57,213 bases of DNA from Minisyncoccota bacterium (GTDB lineage Bacteria > Patescibacteriota > Minisyncoccia > Minisyncoccales > CG1-02-41-26), in NCBI GenBank assembly GCA_028718965.1, contig JAQUKS010000001.1, forward strand, positions 1 to 57,213, written 5' to 3'. This document shows, piece after piece, positions 1-8,227 of the stretch. The first letter of the stretch is position 1. Each line of letters begins with the position of its first letter. The notes beneath the pieces are model-generated. The model did no database searches and was not told the DNA's origin. It saw only the letters and a program-made list of their open reading frames with translations. The translations under genes and the position numbers were made by a program.

Positions 1-119
1 CCCAATCGAGGATTGGGCGGAAAAATCAAAGGCAAATTCTCCGGCTCAAGATTAAAAGCCTTTTCAATGGCCTGGCTTAGCGAGCTTTCAATTTTATTTT
101 TCAGTTCCAAAACAGTCAT
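1..119 (-). CDS. 5' end of an arginyl-tRNA synthetase-like gene (partial, runs off the window)
   Basis: ATG at 119-117 overlaps the proS stop (ATGA at 116-119). The translation MTVLELKNKIESSLSQAIEKAFNLEPENLPLIFPPNPRLG resembles the ArgRS N-terminal additional domain. Only 39 codons are visible. Confidence 0.4.
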   Translation of the reverse strand, partial: MTVLELKNKIESSLSQAIEKAFNLEPENLPLIFPPNPRL

Positions 120-1360
120 TTTAAATCGCTTATTTCGGTTATTTTCGCCAGAGGCAGAAGAACCGCTTTTGACGAATTCCGTTTTTTGATTTCCGCTGAC
201 TTTTTTGCCAGGGTTTTTTCCGAGATAACTATTCTCAATGGTATGCCGATCAGGTCAGCGTCAGCGAACTTTTCGCCCGAAGAAGCTTCGGTCCGGTCGT
301 CGTACAAAACATCAATCCCCTTTTCAGAGAGCTGTCGGTAAACTTTTTCCGCTTCTTTGTAAATATTTTTTTCCCGGCCGATAGCCAATAAATGTGCCCC
401 GAAAGGCGACGCTGCTTGGGGCCAGATGATGCCTTTTTCATCGTGGCACATCTCAACAATCACGCCCATAACCCGGCTCGGCCCGATGCCATAGCAGCCC
501 ATTTCCACCAATTCGTCTTTTCCTTCCGGTGTTTTGTAGGTAAGGCCGAAAGCCCTAGAAAACTTACTACCAAGCATGAAGATGTTGCCCACTTCCACTG
601 CTTTCTCGGGACGTAAGTTCTGATTGCCGCACCGCTGACAGACATTTAGTTCTATGATAACCTCCTGGTTTATTCCTTCGCGGCATTTTTCGCATAAATA
701 AATTGTGTCCTCCCCTACCTCGGAAATAGTCTGAAACTCATGCGAATACTTGCTAAAGCTGCCGCCCGATGCAAGAGTAAGAATTGTTTGCTTACCTATA
801 CCCAGCCGTTGAAAAATTCGCGAATAGGCTCTCATTACTTTATTGTAATATTTGATCAAGTCTTTTTTGTCGGCATGGAACGAATACAAATCTTTCATTA
901 TGAACTCCCTTGTTCTTAAAAGCCCTGATTTGGCTCTTGGTTCGTCCCGAAATTTATCCTGAAACTGAAAAGCCGCGAACGGCAGATCGCGGTAAGAAGC
1001 GACGTATTGAGCGGCCAAGGGAGTGATCACCTCTTCGTGAGTGGGATTTAAAACAAATTTCGCTCCTTCCCTGCCCTGCAAATGATAAAGTATGTCCAAT
1101 TTGCCCCGGCCGCTTTTTTCCCAGGATTCTTCCTGGGTGAGCGCGGGCATCAAAATCTCCAGGGCGCCCAGTTTTTCCATTTCTTCTCTTATAACGTCCT
1201 GGATTTTGTTCAGCACCATAAGACCCAAGGGAAGGAAAGCGTAAACACCGGCCATTTGTTTGTGTATGAATCCGGCGCGAATCAAAAGCCGGGCGTTGAT
1301 GCTGTCAGCGTCCGAGGGAGCGGTTTTGGCTGTTTTTGAAAATAGTTTTGAGTAAAGCAT
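116..1360 (-). CDS. proS: Prolyl-tRNA synthetase, bacterial type but short (414 aa, no large INS editing domain)
   Basis: Class II aaRS motifs are present (FRDEPRAKSGLLRTREFIMKD; GCYGIGPSRV), plus a C-terminal anticodon-binding domain. A CxxC..CxxC mini-insert (CEKCREG...CQRCG) sits where INS normally lies. Confidence 0.9.
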   Translation of the reverse strand: MLYSKLFSKTAKTAPSDADSINARLLIRAGFIHKQMAGVYAFLPLGLMVLNKIQDVIREEMEKLGALEILMPALTQEESWEKSGRGKLDILYHLQGREGAKFVLNPTHEEVITPLAAQYVASYRDLPFAAFQFQDKFRDEPRAKSGLLRTREFIMKDLYSFHADKKDLIKYYNKVMRAYSRIFQRLGIGKQTILTLASGGSFSKYSHEFQTISEVGEDTIYLCEKCREGINQEVIIELNVCQRCGNQNLRPEKAVEVGNIFMLGSKFSRAFGLTYKTPEGKDELVEMGCYGIGPSRVMGVIVEMCHDEKGIIWPQAASPFGAHLLAIGREKNIYKEAEKVYRQLSEKGIDVLYDDRTEASSGEKFADADLIGIPLRIVISEKTLAKKSAEIKKRNSSKAVLLPLAKITEISDLK

Positions 1361-1371
1361 ATTTCTAAATA

Positions 1372-2067
1372 TTAGGCGTTTTTTATCATTGTTCCTTTGA
1401 AGGCTTTGCCCTCCAATATTTTTTTAAAATTATCCAAATTCCTGCCGTCAGCCACGATCACGCTGATGCCGTGCTTTTGGGCAAGGCGGCTGGCTATCGG
1501 GTCAAAGGGCGTGCTCATGCCCGGGGTCCATTTGGTGGGAATGATCTTGAAATATTCCCGCCAGGCGAGGTCTTTTAAAGGTTTGGCGGCCGGGTCTTTG
1601 TCGGGATTGGCGGTGTAAACGTAATGGGGCTTACCCAGATTCACTACTGTGTGCGCCTTAAAATCAACTGCCGCTTGCACTGCGGCAAAATCGCTGGAGT
1701 GCCCGGGCTCGCCGCAGCGCAAAATAGTGACTGGAAATTTTTTTGAGGCAGAAACCTTATTCTTATCGGCCAAAGCGGTAAGATAAGCCTTTTCTCGTAA
1801 AATTGTTTTTAACAAAAGCGCGTTTAGCTCAATAACCTTAATGCCTATCCAATCTCTTTCCGTATCAGTGGCTTTCCCGATCTTAAGGGCCGCTTCCTGA
1901 TAAACGCGGCATATTTTTCCCCCGCCTACTATAATAATGAATCTATAACCCCTTTTGACGAATCTTAAAATGAAATCATGAAAATCCTTCAGATATTTTT
2001 CATCCAAGTCTTGCGGATACATGACCGACCCGCCCAAAGAAATCACGAATGTTTTGCTTTTTGCCAT
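1372..2067 (-). CDS. pyrH: UMP kinase, amino-acid-kinase fold (archaeal-like short form)
   Basis: 231 aa. It has an N-terminal ISLGGS glycine loop, a VGGG motif and the overall amino-acid-kinase family pattern. Confidence 0.75.
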   Translation of the reverse strand: MAKSKTFVISLGGSVMYPQDLDEKYLKDFHDFILRFVKRGYRFIIIVGGGKICRVYQEAALKIGKATDTERDWIGIKVIELNALLLKTILREKAYLTALADKNKVSASKKFPVTILRCGEPGHSSDFAAVQAAVDFKAHTVVNLGKPHYVYTANPDKDPAAKPLKDLAWREYFKIIPTKWTPGMSTPFDPIASRLAQKHGISVIVADGRNLDNFKKILEGKAFKGTMIKNA

Positions 2068-2146
2068 ATTGCCGCGCGTTATTTTTGTATTTTAGCAGTT
2101 TTCAAGCAAAAAAACACCTGGGCTTCGGGTCTGATTCGCTTTGATT

Positions 2147-2866
2147 TCATTGTATGGGTATCACCTTGCCCAGAAATTGGGGCCTTGCCCCCGAGTTTAT
2201 GTCCATCCATGCTTTGACGTTCGCCAGCTTTTCCCGCAGAATGTTCAGCCAAACATTGCGGTAAATGTGTTTGTCAGCGCCAAAGCCGTAAACCTCCATG
2301 CCCAGCTGGCGCCCCAGATAAACGGCCCTTGGCAGATGAAAATCTTGGGTTGTGATGATAAGGCTTTCAGCCTTGAATATGTCCCTGGCACGGTAAAGAC
2401 TGTCGTAGGTGTCAAAGCCCGCGTAATCAAGGAATATCTTATCCTGCTCTATCCCCTGCTCCAGCAGGTATTTCTGAATGGCCGACGTTTCATTGTAATT
2501 CTTGACGCGGTTATCCCCTGAAACTAAAAAGTTCCGCGCTTTGCCCGCTCTGTAAAGCTCAATGGCCGTATCAGCCCTGTCTTTGAGCATATCACTCAAT
2601 GTCTGATCGCTGTGAACGCTTGCCCCAAGTATGAGAACGGTTTGCGAAGAGGGCAGTTCCTCAATGTTAGTGAAGATGTATGACTGGCTGATGGAGCTTA
2701 CGTTAAGATTGATCAGAATAATGACAGCGAGAAGAGCTGTTGCCATGATATAAAAAAACAAAACGTTCTTTTGCCAAAAATTCATTTTTGCGAAAAAATT
2801 CTTCGCCATAGCAATGAATACGGAAATTATGCCGCGGGCTTGGCCGTCGTTTTTTTTAAACAACAA
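2147..2866 (-). CDS. SanA/YdcF (DUF218) family membrane-anchored protein
   Basis: An N-terminal TM helix is followed by a DUF218-type pattern (LILGASV...VSGDN...DYAGFDTYDS). The longest ORF starts at TTG 2866; an ATG at 2809 is an alternative start. Confidence 0.7.
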   Translation of the reverse strand: MLFKKNDGQARGIISVFIAMAKNFFAKMNFWQKNVLFFYIMATALLAVIILINLNVSSISQSYIFTNIEELPSSQTVLILGASVHSDQTLSDMLKDRADTAIELYRAGKARNFLVSGDNRVKNYNETSAIQKYLLEQGIEQDKIFLDYAGFDTYDSLYRARDIFKAESLIITTQDFHLPRAVYLGRQLGMEVYGFGADKHIYRNVWLNILREKLANVKAWMDINSGARPQFLGKVIPIQ

Positions 2867-3120
2867 ACATCGGACAGCGGCACTATCCTTGTTCTAGAAA
2901 AATCGTCGTCATATCGCACGCCTATCCATTGGTAAGGATAGGGATTTTTGGCGTGGCAATCGCTTTTGTCCGCTATCTTTACCGGCACTGGCCCGGCTTC
3001 GCCTTTTACGCGCAAAAGCACCATGTCGCCTTTGCGCATTCCCCTCAAGGTCTCTTCGGGGCTTGGCTCCTTGTCAATATTATTATTGCGTTCAAATGTT
3101 AATCTTTCCGGCATGGCCAT
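2827..3120 (-). CDS. Hypothetical protein (97 aa)
   Basis: ATG-initiated ORF overlapping the valS 3' end by 22 nt and the longest SanA ORF by 40 nt. No recognisable motif. Confidence 0.35.
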   Translation of the reverse strand: MAMPERLTFERNNNIDKEPSPEETLRGMRKGDMVLLRVKGEAGPVPVKIADKSDCHAKNPYPYQWIGVRYDDDFSRTRIVPLSDVCCLKKTTAKPAA

Positions 3121-5168
3121 TTTTCAATGATAAGCGCCTTGGCTTCTTTGTTGGGTAGCATTTGATAAATTTCCTCGGTGATGAAAGGCATAAAAGGATG
3201 GAGAAGCTTAAGGGATTCGCGCAAAACGTAAAGCAGTATTTGTTCTGTGTTTCCCTGCTCTCGCGCCATCTGCTTCTTGCTTTCTTCAATGTAAACATCA
3301 CAGAAGGTGTGCCAAAAGAATTGATATATTTTCTGCGCCGCTTCATGGAATTGAAAATTATCAATGTCCTTGGCCATTTCCTTGGCTATTTTCTCCAGTG
3401 TTTCAAGAATATCCTTGTCAGCTTGCGTTCTCGCTTGCGGATTTTTATTTGGTTCGGTCTTCTCCGTAGCTGATAACACAAAACGGGCCGCGTTCCATAT
3501 CTTGTTGGCGAATCTCCTTTGCGCGGTGATCTTTTCTTCCGAAAAAGCAATGTCAGCCCCGGGAGAATTGGCAAAGACCAAGGCCATTCTCAAAGCGTCA
3601 GCCCCGTGCAGCTCGACAACTCCCAGAGGGTCAACAACATTGCCTTTTGATTTTGACATTTTTTGCTTGTCCTTGTCGCGAACCAGTCCGTGCAAATAGA
3701 CGTATTTGAAAGGCGCCTGGCCAGTTACATAAATGCCGAGCATTACCATGCGGGCCACCCAGAAAAATATGATGTCCGCTCCTGTTTCCATTACCGTGGT
3801 CGGGTAAAAATACTCAAAATCGCCCTTTTTGGCGCCTTTCAGAGCGGCAAAAGGCCATTGGCCCGATGAAAACCAGGTGTCAAAGACCTGCTTTTTGTCC
3901 CCGGGTATGGGAATACCCCAGGGAATCTGGCGCGAAATGTTCCAGTCGCGCAGATTTTCCATCCATTGCAGGAATATCTTTTCGAATCGCTCCGGAATGA
4001 ATTTGATATTCTCTTCCTTTACCGCCTTTACCGCCAGATCGCGCAAAGAAAGCCCGCCCGATTTTGGTTTTTCGGTCATTTTAACGAACCACTGATTGTC
4101 CATGAGGGCCGGCTCGATCACCGAACCGCACTTGAAACAAACAGCCACGTTGTGTTTGTAGTTATGCTCGATTTCTTTTTCATCCAAAAGGCCCTTTTTG
4201 ATCATATCAGCCACGATTTTCTCCCTGGCTTCCCCTATCTTCATACCAGCGTAAGGCCCGGCCATCTCGTTCATGCGGCCGTATCTGTCGATGACTATTT
4301 TTGGGCCCGGGATCTCGTCTTTGTGCCTTTGCCAGGTCTCGTAGTCGGCGAAATCATGGGCCGGGGTAACTTTGACAGCGCCCGTGCCAAAATCCATGTC
4401 CACTGATTCGTCCTCAATCACCTTTATCCTGGCTTTGCCCAGCACAGTTTCAACTTCAACGTCCTGCCCCACGTATTTTTTGTAGCGCTCGTCTTTAGGG
4501 TTAACGGCAATGGCCGTGTCCCCGAATTTTGTCTCGGGTCTGACGGTGGCCAGCTTGAAAGGCCCGTATTTTATGTAATAAAGGGGGTCTGTTCTTTCCT
4601 CGTATTTTATTTCCAGGTCAGACAGAGATGTCTGATGTTTGACGCACCAGTTGATAAGGCGGCTGCCTTTGTAAATCAGCCCGTCCTTTTCCAATTTTTC
4701 AAAAGTGGAATAAACAGTATCAATAATGTCCTTATCAAGGGTGAATTTCGCTCTGCTCCAGTCGCACGAAGCTCCCAGGCGCCTTAGCTGGCTCTCCATG
4801 GTTGCTTTGTTTGACAGAGTGAAATCCATCATCTCCTTCAGCAACTCCTCCTTTGGTATTTCGTGTCTTCTTCTGCCCTCTTTTTCCAGCTTTTTGTCAA
4901 AAACCACCTGCGTTTCAAATCCGGCGTGATCGGCTCCGGGTAGCCAAAGAGAAGAGTCCCCTTTCATGCGGTGATACCTTGTCATGATGTCCTGCAGCGT
5001 GGCGAACAAAGCGTGTCCGGCGTGCAAAGCGCCGTTGGCGTTGGGAGGGGGCATCATAATGGTAAAAGGCTTTTTCTTTTCATCAACCTCCGGCGTGAAA
5101 TATCCTCCCTCCTCCCAAAAAGAATAGGTTTTTTGCTCGCTGTCTTTTGGATTATAATTTTTTTCCAT
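3099..5168 (-). CDS. valS: Valyl-tRNA synthetase, compact (about 689 aa, no C-terminal coiled coil)
   Basis: Class I motifs are present: PPPNANGALHAGH (HIGH-type) and KMSKSKGN (KMSKS). Editing-domain residues (TKFGDTAIAV, GTGAVKVTPAHD) are also seen. The start was chosen at MEKNYNPKD; the longest ORF extends to 5201. Confidence 0.9.
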   Translation of the reverse strand: MEKNYNPKDSEQKTYSFWEEGGYFTPEVDEKKKPFTIMMPPPNANGALHAGHALFATLQDIMTRYHRMKGDSSLWLPGADHAGFETQVVFDKKLEKEGRRRHEIPKEELLKEMMDFTLSNKATMESQLRRLGASCDWSRAKFTLDKDIIDTVYSTFEKLEKDGLIYKGSRLINWCVKHQTSLSDLEIKYEERTDPLYYIKYGPFKLATVRPETKFGDTAIAVNPKDERYKKYVGQDVEVETVLGKARIKVIEDESVDMDFGTGAVKVTPAHDFADYETWQRHKDEIPGPKIVIDRYGRMNEMAGPYAGMKIGEAREKIVADMIKKGLLDEKEIEHNYKHNVAVCFKCGSVIEPALMDNQWFVKMTEKPKSGGLSLRDLAVKAVKEENIKFIPERFEKIFLQWMENLRDWNISRQIPWGIPIPGDKKQVFDTWFSSGQWPFAALKGAKKGDFEYFYPTTVMETGADIIFFWVARMVMLGIYVTGQAPFKYVYLHGLVRDKDKQKMSKSKGNVVDPLGVVELHGADALRMALVFANSPGADIAFSEEKITAQRRFANKIWNAARFVLSATEKTEPNKNPQARTQADKDILETLEKIAKEMAKDIDNFQFHEAAQKIYQFFWHTFCDVYIEESKKQMAREQGNTEQILLYVLRESLKLLHPFMPFITEEIYQMLPNKEAKALIIEKWPCRKD

Positions 5169-5210
5169 TTGCTGTACCATAAAAAATTGATGTTCAATCA
5201 AATCAAGGGG

Positions 5211-5963
5211 CTATGCTTGAGTACGATCTTTAAACTTTTCATCCAGCAAAGCGTAATATTTTGGTTTGCTGCTTTTGTCTATGCAGGTTTCGACAAAGCA
5301 ACCCAGGGCCCTTCCAATGTAATAAAGGTTTATTTCTGCGATGCGGCTTTCTTTATTTTGAAAAACTTTCCTGTCTGAATTGCCATCAAAACCTTCTTGA
5401 TTCGGGTAAGTTATTGTATCCAGATCGCCTATTATAAAATCCATGCTTTTCGTATCCTGATCAGCGGTATCAGAAACGGAGAAAAAATAAGCATCGTTGG
5501 GTATGATTATTTTTTTATCAGCTGCCAATTTGGCGTGCTCCCCCATGCTGTCAATAAATTCACCAAAGCCGGCAATTTCCTTTATCGGGTGATTTTCCAA
5601 ATACTTTAGGTTCTCGCTTCTGTTGAAAGATACTAATAGAGAACCGGGTTTATCGCCGTAGGTCATTAAAATACTTTTTCCATCCTCGGCAAGCCGGTAA
5701 GTAGTAAAAACTTTCAATCCGCTTTCCTTTAATTTTTTAAAATTATTCAATGCTTTCAGGGCTCTTTCCTCGCTCTTAAAAAGTTTTACGGCGAAATTCT
5801 TATTTTTTACCTTGTCATTGTTGACGATTTCCGTTTCAGAAAAAGAAACCTCGCCAAAAATACCTCGGCCGATCTTTTTCTTTGAAACAATTTTAACCGG
5901 CAATGACTCTTTGCCGGTATGCTTCAGATATTTTTGTCCGCCGGATGGTTCGCCTTCTCTCAT
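5211..5963 (-). CDS. Protein-kinase-like fold protein (atypical, no HRD motif)
   Basis: It has a Gly-rich loop IGRGIFGEV, a FAVKLF lysine and a DLD in the DFG-equivalent position. The catalytic-loop position reads IIIPNDAYF. Confidence 0.45.
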   Translation of the reverse strand: MREGEPSGGQKYLKHTGKESLPVKIVSKKKIGRGIFGEVSFSETEIVNNDKVKNKNFAVKLFKSEERALKALNNFKKLKESGLKVFTTYRLAEDGKSILMTYGDKPGSLLVSFNRSENLKYLENHPIKEIAGFGEFIDSMGEHAKLAADKKIIIPNDAYFFSVSDTADQDTKSMDFIIGDLDTITYPNQEGFDGNSDRKVFQNKESRIAEINLYYIGRALGCFVETCIDKSSKPKYYALLDEKFKDRTQA

Positions 5964-6090
5964 ATGTTATTTCATCTTAAGCCATTTTAAGCCTTTATTC
6001 AAGCAGAAATTGCTGTTTATCGCGTAAACGGCATCTGTTTTTGTCTCAAAGATCACCGATCTTACCGCGGATAATCACTTTCATAAACAA

Positions 6091-6113
6091 AAAAAGGGCA
6101 AAAGCCCTTTTTT
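6091..6113. terminator. Hairpin with flanking A and T runs (bidirectional-looking intrinsic terminator)
   Basis: The sequence aaaaaGGGCaaaaGCCCttttt lies directly downstream of the small minus-strand ORF. Confidence 0.5.
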
Positions 6114-6133
6114 CGCGAATTTACGTCAATAAA

Positions 6134-6271
6134 TTACATTTGGCCGCCCTGGCTTGGATTCTCCGGCTTGGCCATAACTGCTTTGCCGCCTTTTTTCTTG
6201 GATTTGACTATAAGCAACACGACGACCACTACGACCAAGACGGCGATAAGCGCTATTAAAAGTGTATTCAT
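6134..6271 (-). CDS. Small single-pass membrane protein (45 aa)
   Basis: Hand translation gives MNTLLIALIAVLVVVVVVLLIVKSKKKGGKAVMAKPENPSQGGQM: a hydrophobic helix followed by a basic tail. It is below the ORF-track size cutoff. Confidence 0.4.
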   Translation of the reverse strand: MNTLLIALIAVLVVVVVVLLIVKSKKKGGKAVMAKPENPSQGGQM

Positions 6272-6319
6272 AGATTAAATTACTGTTCTAATGCGGACCT
6301 TTTTCTTTAATTTTGAAAA

Positions 6320-7693
6320 TTATTCCATTTTACCTTTTCGTTCGCTTTTAGTCAATTTTTTCTGTGGAAAACCCGTCCGGGCTGTTTGGCGCGCCTGCAG
6401 ATTGTCAGATAATTTATAGATGCTACCCGCGCCCATTATCACGACAATCTCTTTGGTTTTCAGATTGGTTTTCAAATAATCCGTAATTTCGTTTCGAGGC
6501 AGATAAAGAGCCCAGGCTTTGGCGATGGCTTCTACCAGCCTTTGGCTACTTATCTTGTTTTTGATGGCCTGGCTTTCGCGGCCCTCAACAGTGTAAATGT
6601 CGGTAATAATCAGCTTCTCGATACCGAATTTGCTCTGGGCCTGGCGAAAGACTTTGACAAATTTGTCGAACAGATAAAAAGTCCTTTGATACTGGTGGGG
6701 CTGAAAAACAATCCATTTTTTACGTTCAGGGTATTTTTCGGCCAAAGCCTGCAGAGTGGCTGCTATTTCCGTGGGATGGTGGGCGTAGTCGGAAATAATC
6801 GTAAACGACAAGTTACCGATTGCCGCCCTGCCTTCCTCAAACCTTCGCCAGACTCCCTTGTATACGCCAAGGGCTTCCAGGGCGATCTTATCGCTTACGC
6901 CCAGGAGCCGGGCCGCGTTCAAGGCAGCCAAAGCATTGGAAACATTATGCTCGCCCGGTACCCGCAGGATATTTTTCAGAAGATTGACGTCTTTTTTCTG
7001 CGTTAAAGAGAAAAAGACTGTTTTCTTGTCGTTTTTGAGGAGCTTTACGATGTTCGCGTTGTCTTTGTTGGCAATGATCCTTCCTTTCACCTGCGAGACG
7101 TATTGCCTGAAAATCTTCATTATATTATTCAAATCCTTCAAACAATCGAGGTGCTCTTCGTCAATGTTGGTAAGGATAAGAATGTCTGGATGATAATGCA
7201 AAAACTTGGCCTGATAATCATCAGCCTCGATAACCAGATATTTGCTTTTGCCCACCCGCCAGCCGGGCTTGGTGCCGATTACAAAAGTGGGGTCAAGGCC
7301 AGCCTCGATCAGTATTCCGGCTATCATCGAGGCAGTGGTGCTTTTGCCGTGCATGCCCGAAACCGCGATGGTGAAGTGATCGCGGCTTAATTCAGCCAAT
7401 GCCTCAGCTCCTGACAAACAGCGAATTTTCAGTTGCCTTGCCTCTTTCAGCTCCGGATTGCTTCGCGGCACTGCTTCCGAGTAAACGACCAGATCAATGT
7501 TCTTGGCGATGTTCGAGGCTTTGTGGCCGATAAACACCCTAATCCCCTGCTTTTTCAATTCAGCGGTGATCTCCGACGACTCGGCGTCCGAGCCCTGCAC
7601 CTTATGCCCTTTTTGCTGATAGATATTGGCTAAAGCCGAAATGGCAATGCCCCCAATCCCGATACAATGGATTTTCATATGTTTACTGACCAT
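6320..7693 (-). CDS. murC: UDP-N-acetylmuramate--L-alanine ligase
   Basis: IHCIGIGGIAISALA Rossmann N-terminus, the GMHGKSTT P-loop and the Mur ligase central/C-terminal pattern are present. The start was chosen at ATG 7693; the longest ORF starts at TTG 7720. Confidence 0.9.
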   Translation of the reverse strand: MVSKHMKIHCIGIGGIAISALANIYQQKGHKVQGSDAESSEITAELKKQGIRVFIGHKASNIAKNIDLVVYSEAVPRSNPELKEARQLKIRCLSGAEALAELSRDHFTIAVSGMHGKSTTASMIAGILIEAGLDPTFVIGTKPGWRVGKSKYLVIEADDYQAKFLHYHPDILILTNIDEEHLDCLKDLNNIMKIFRQYVSQVKGRIIANKDNANIVKLLKNDKKTVFFSLTQKKDVNLLKNILRVPGEHNVSNALAALNAARLLGVSDKIALEALGVYKGVWRRFEEGRAAIGNLSFTIISDYAHHPTEIAATLQALAEKYPERKKWIVFQPHQYQRTFYLFDKFVKVFRQAQSKFGIEKLIITDIYTVEGRESQAIKNKISSQRLVEAIAKAWALYLPRNEITDYLKTNLKTKEIVVIMGAGSIYKLSDNLQARQTARTGFPQKKLTKSERKGKME

Positions 7694-7747
7694 TTTACAT
7701 TTTCCGGCGGTCAAGGGCAAGCAAAACCGCGCTCCATGGAGCGCGGT

Positions 7748-8224
7748 TCAAAGTCTGGCTATCATTATCACCTCATCCCCCCGAAAGAAATCCTTGATCA
7801 CGGCTTCGGGGCGGGCGTTAAGCGTTTTTTGATAAAGCCGCTGGGCCTGATTTTCCGTGCCCGTGGTTACCTCGATTGTCTTCAGTTTCGAGCCTCGTTC
7901 TTTAAGATAACTCAAAATCTTTTTCAATGATTGCTCAATCAAAAAAGTAGCCACTCCCCTGCCCCGGGCTGTTTCCTTAATGGCTATCTGCTCCAACTCC
8001 CAAACCGCTTCTTTTCTGAAGCCGCCTTTCTCCAGCCATAGAATATAGCCCAGAATTTCATCTTTTTCCTTGGCTAAAAAATACTGCATTCTGGGGTAAG
8101 CGCCAAAATTACAGCTTAGCCACTTTTTAGCTCCGCTGAAACTGCCATAACCCCTAAAGCACTGATTGGCGATCTTGGCTACGGCTGATATGTCTTTCTT
8201 TGTTAACGATTGGATTTTGAGCAT
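7748..8224 (-). CDS. GNAT family N-acetyltransferase
   Basis: 158 aa with an acetyl-CoA binding-type motif (ARGRGVATFLIEQ). Confidence 0.75.
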   Translation of the reverse strand: MLKIQSLTKKDISAVAKIANQCFRGYGSFSGAKKWLSCNFGAYPRMQYFLAKEKDEILGYILWLEKGGFRKEAVWELEQIAIKETARGRGVATFLIEQSLKKILSYLKERGSKLKTIEVTTGTENQAQRLYQKTLNARPEAVIKDFFRGDEVIMIARL

Positions 8225-8227
8225 AAA

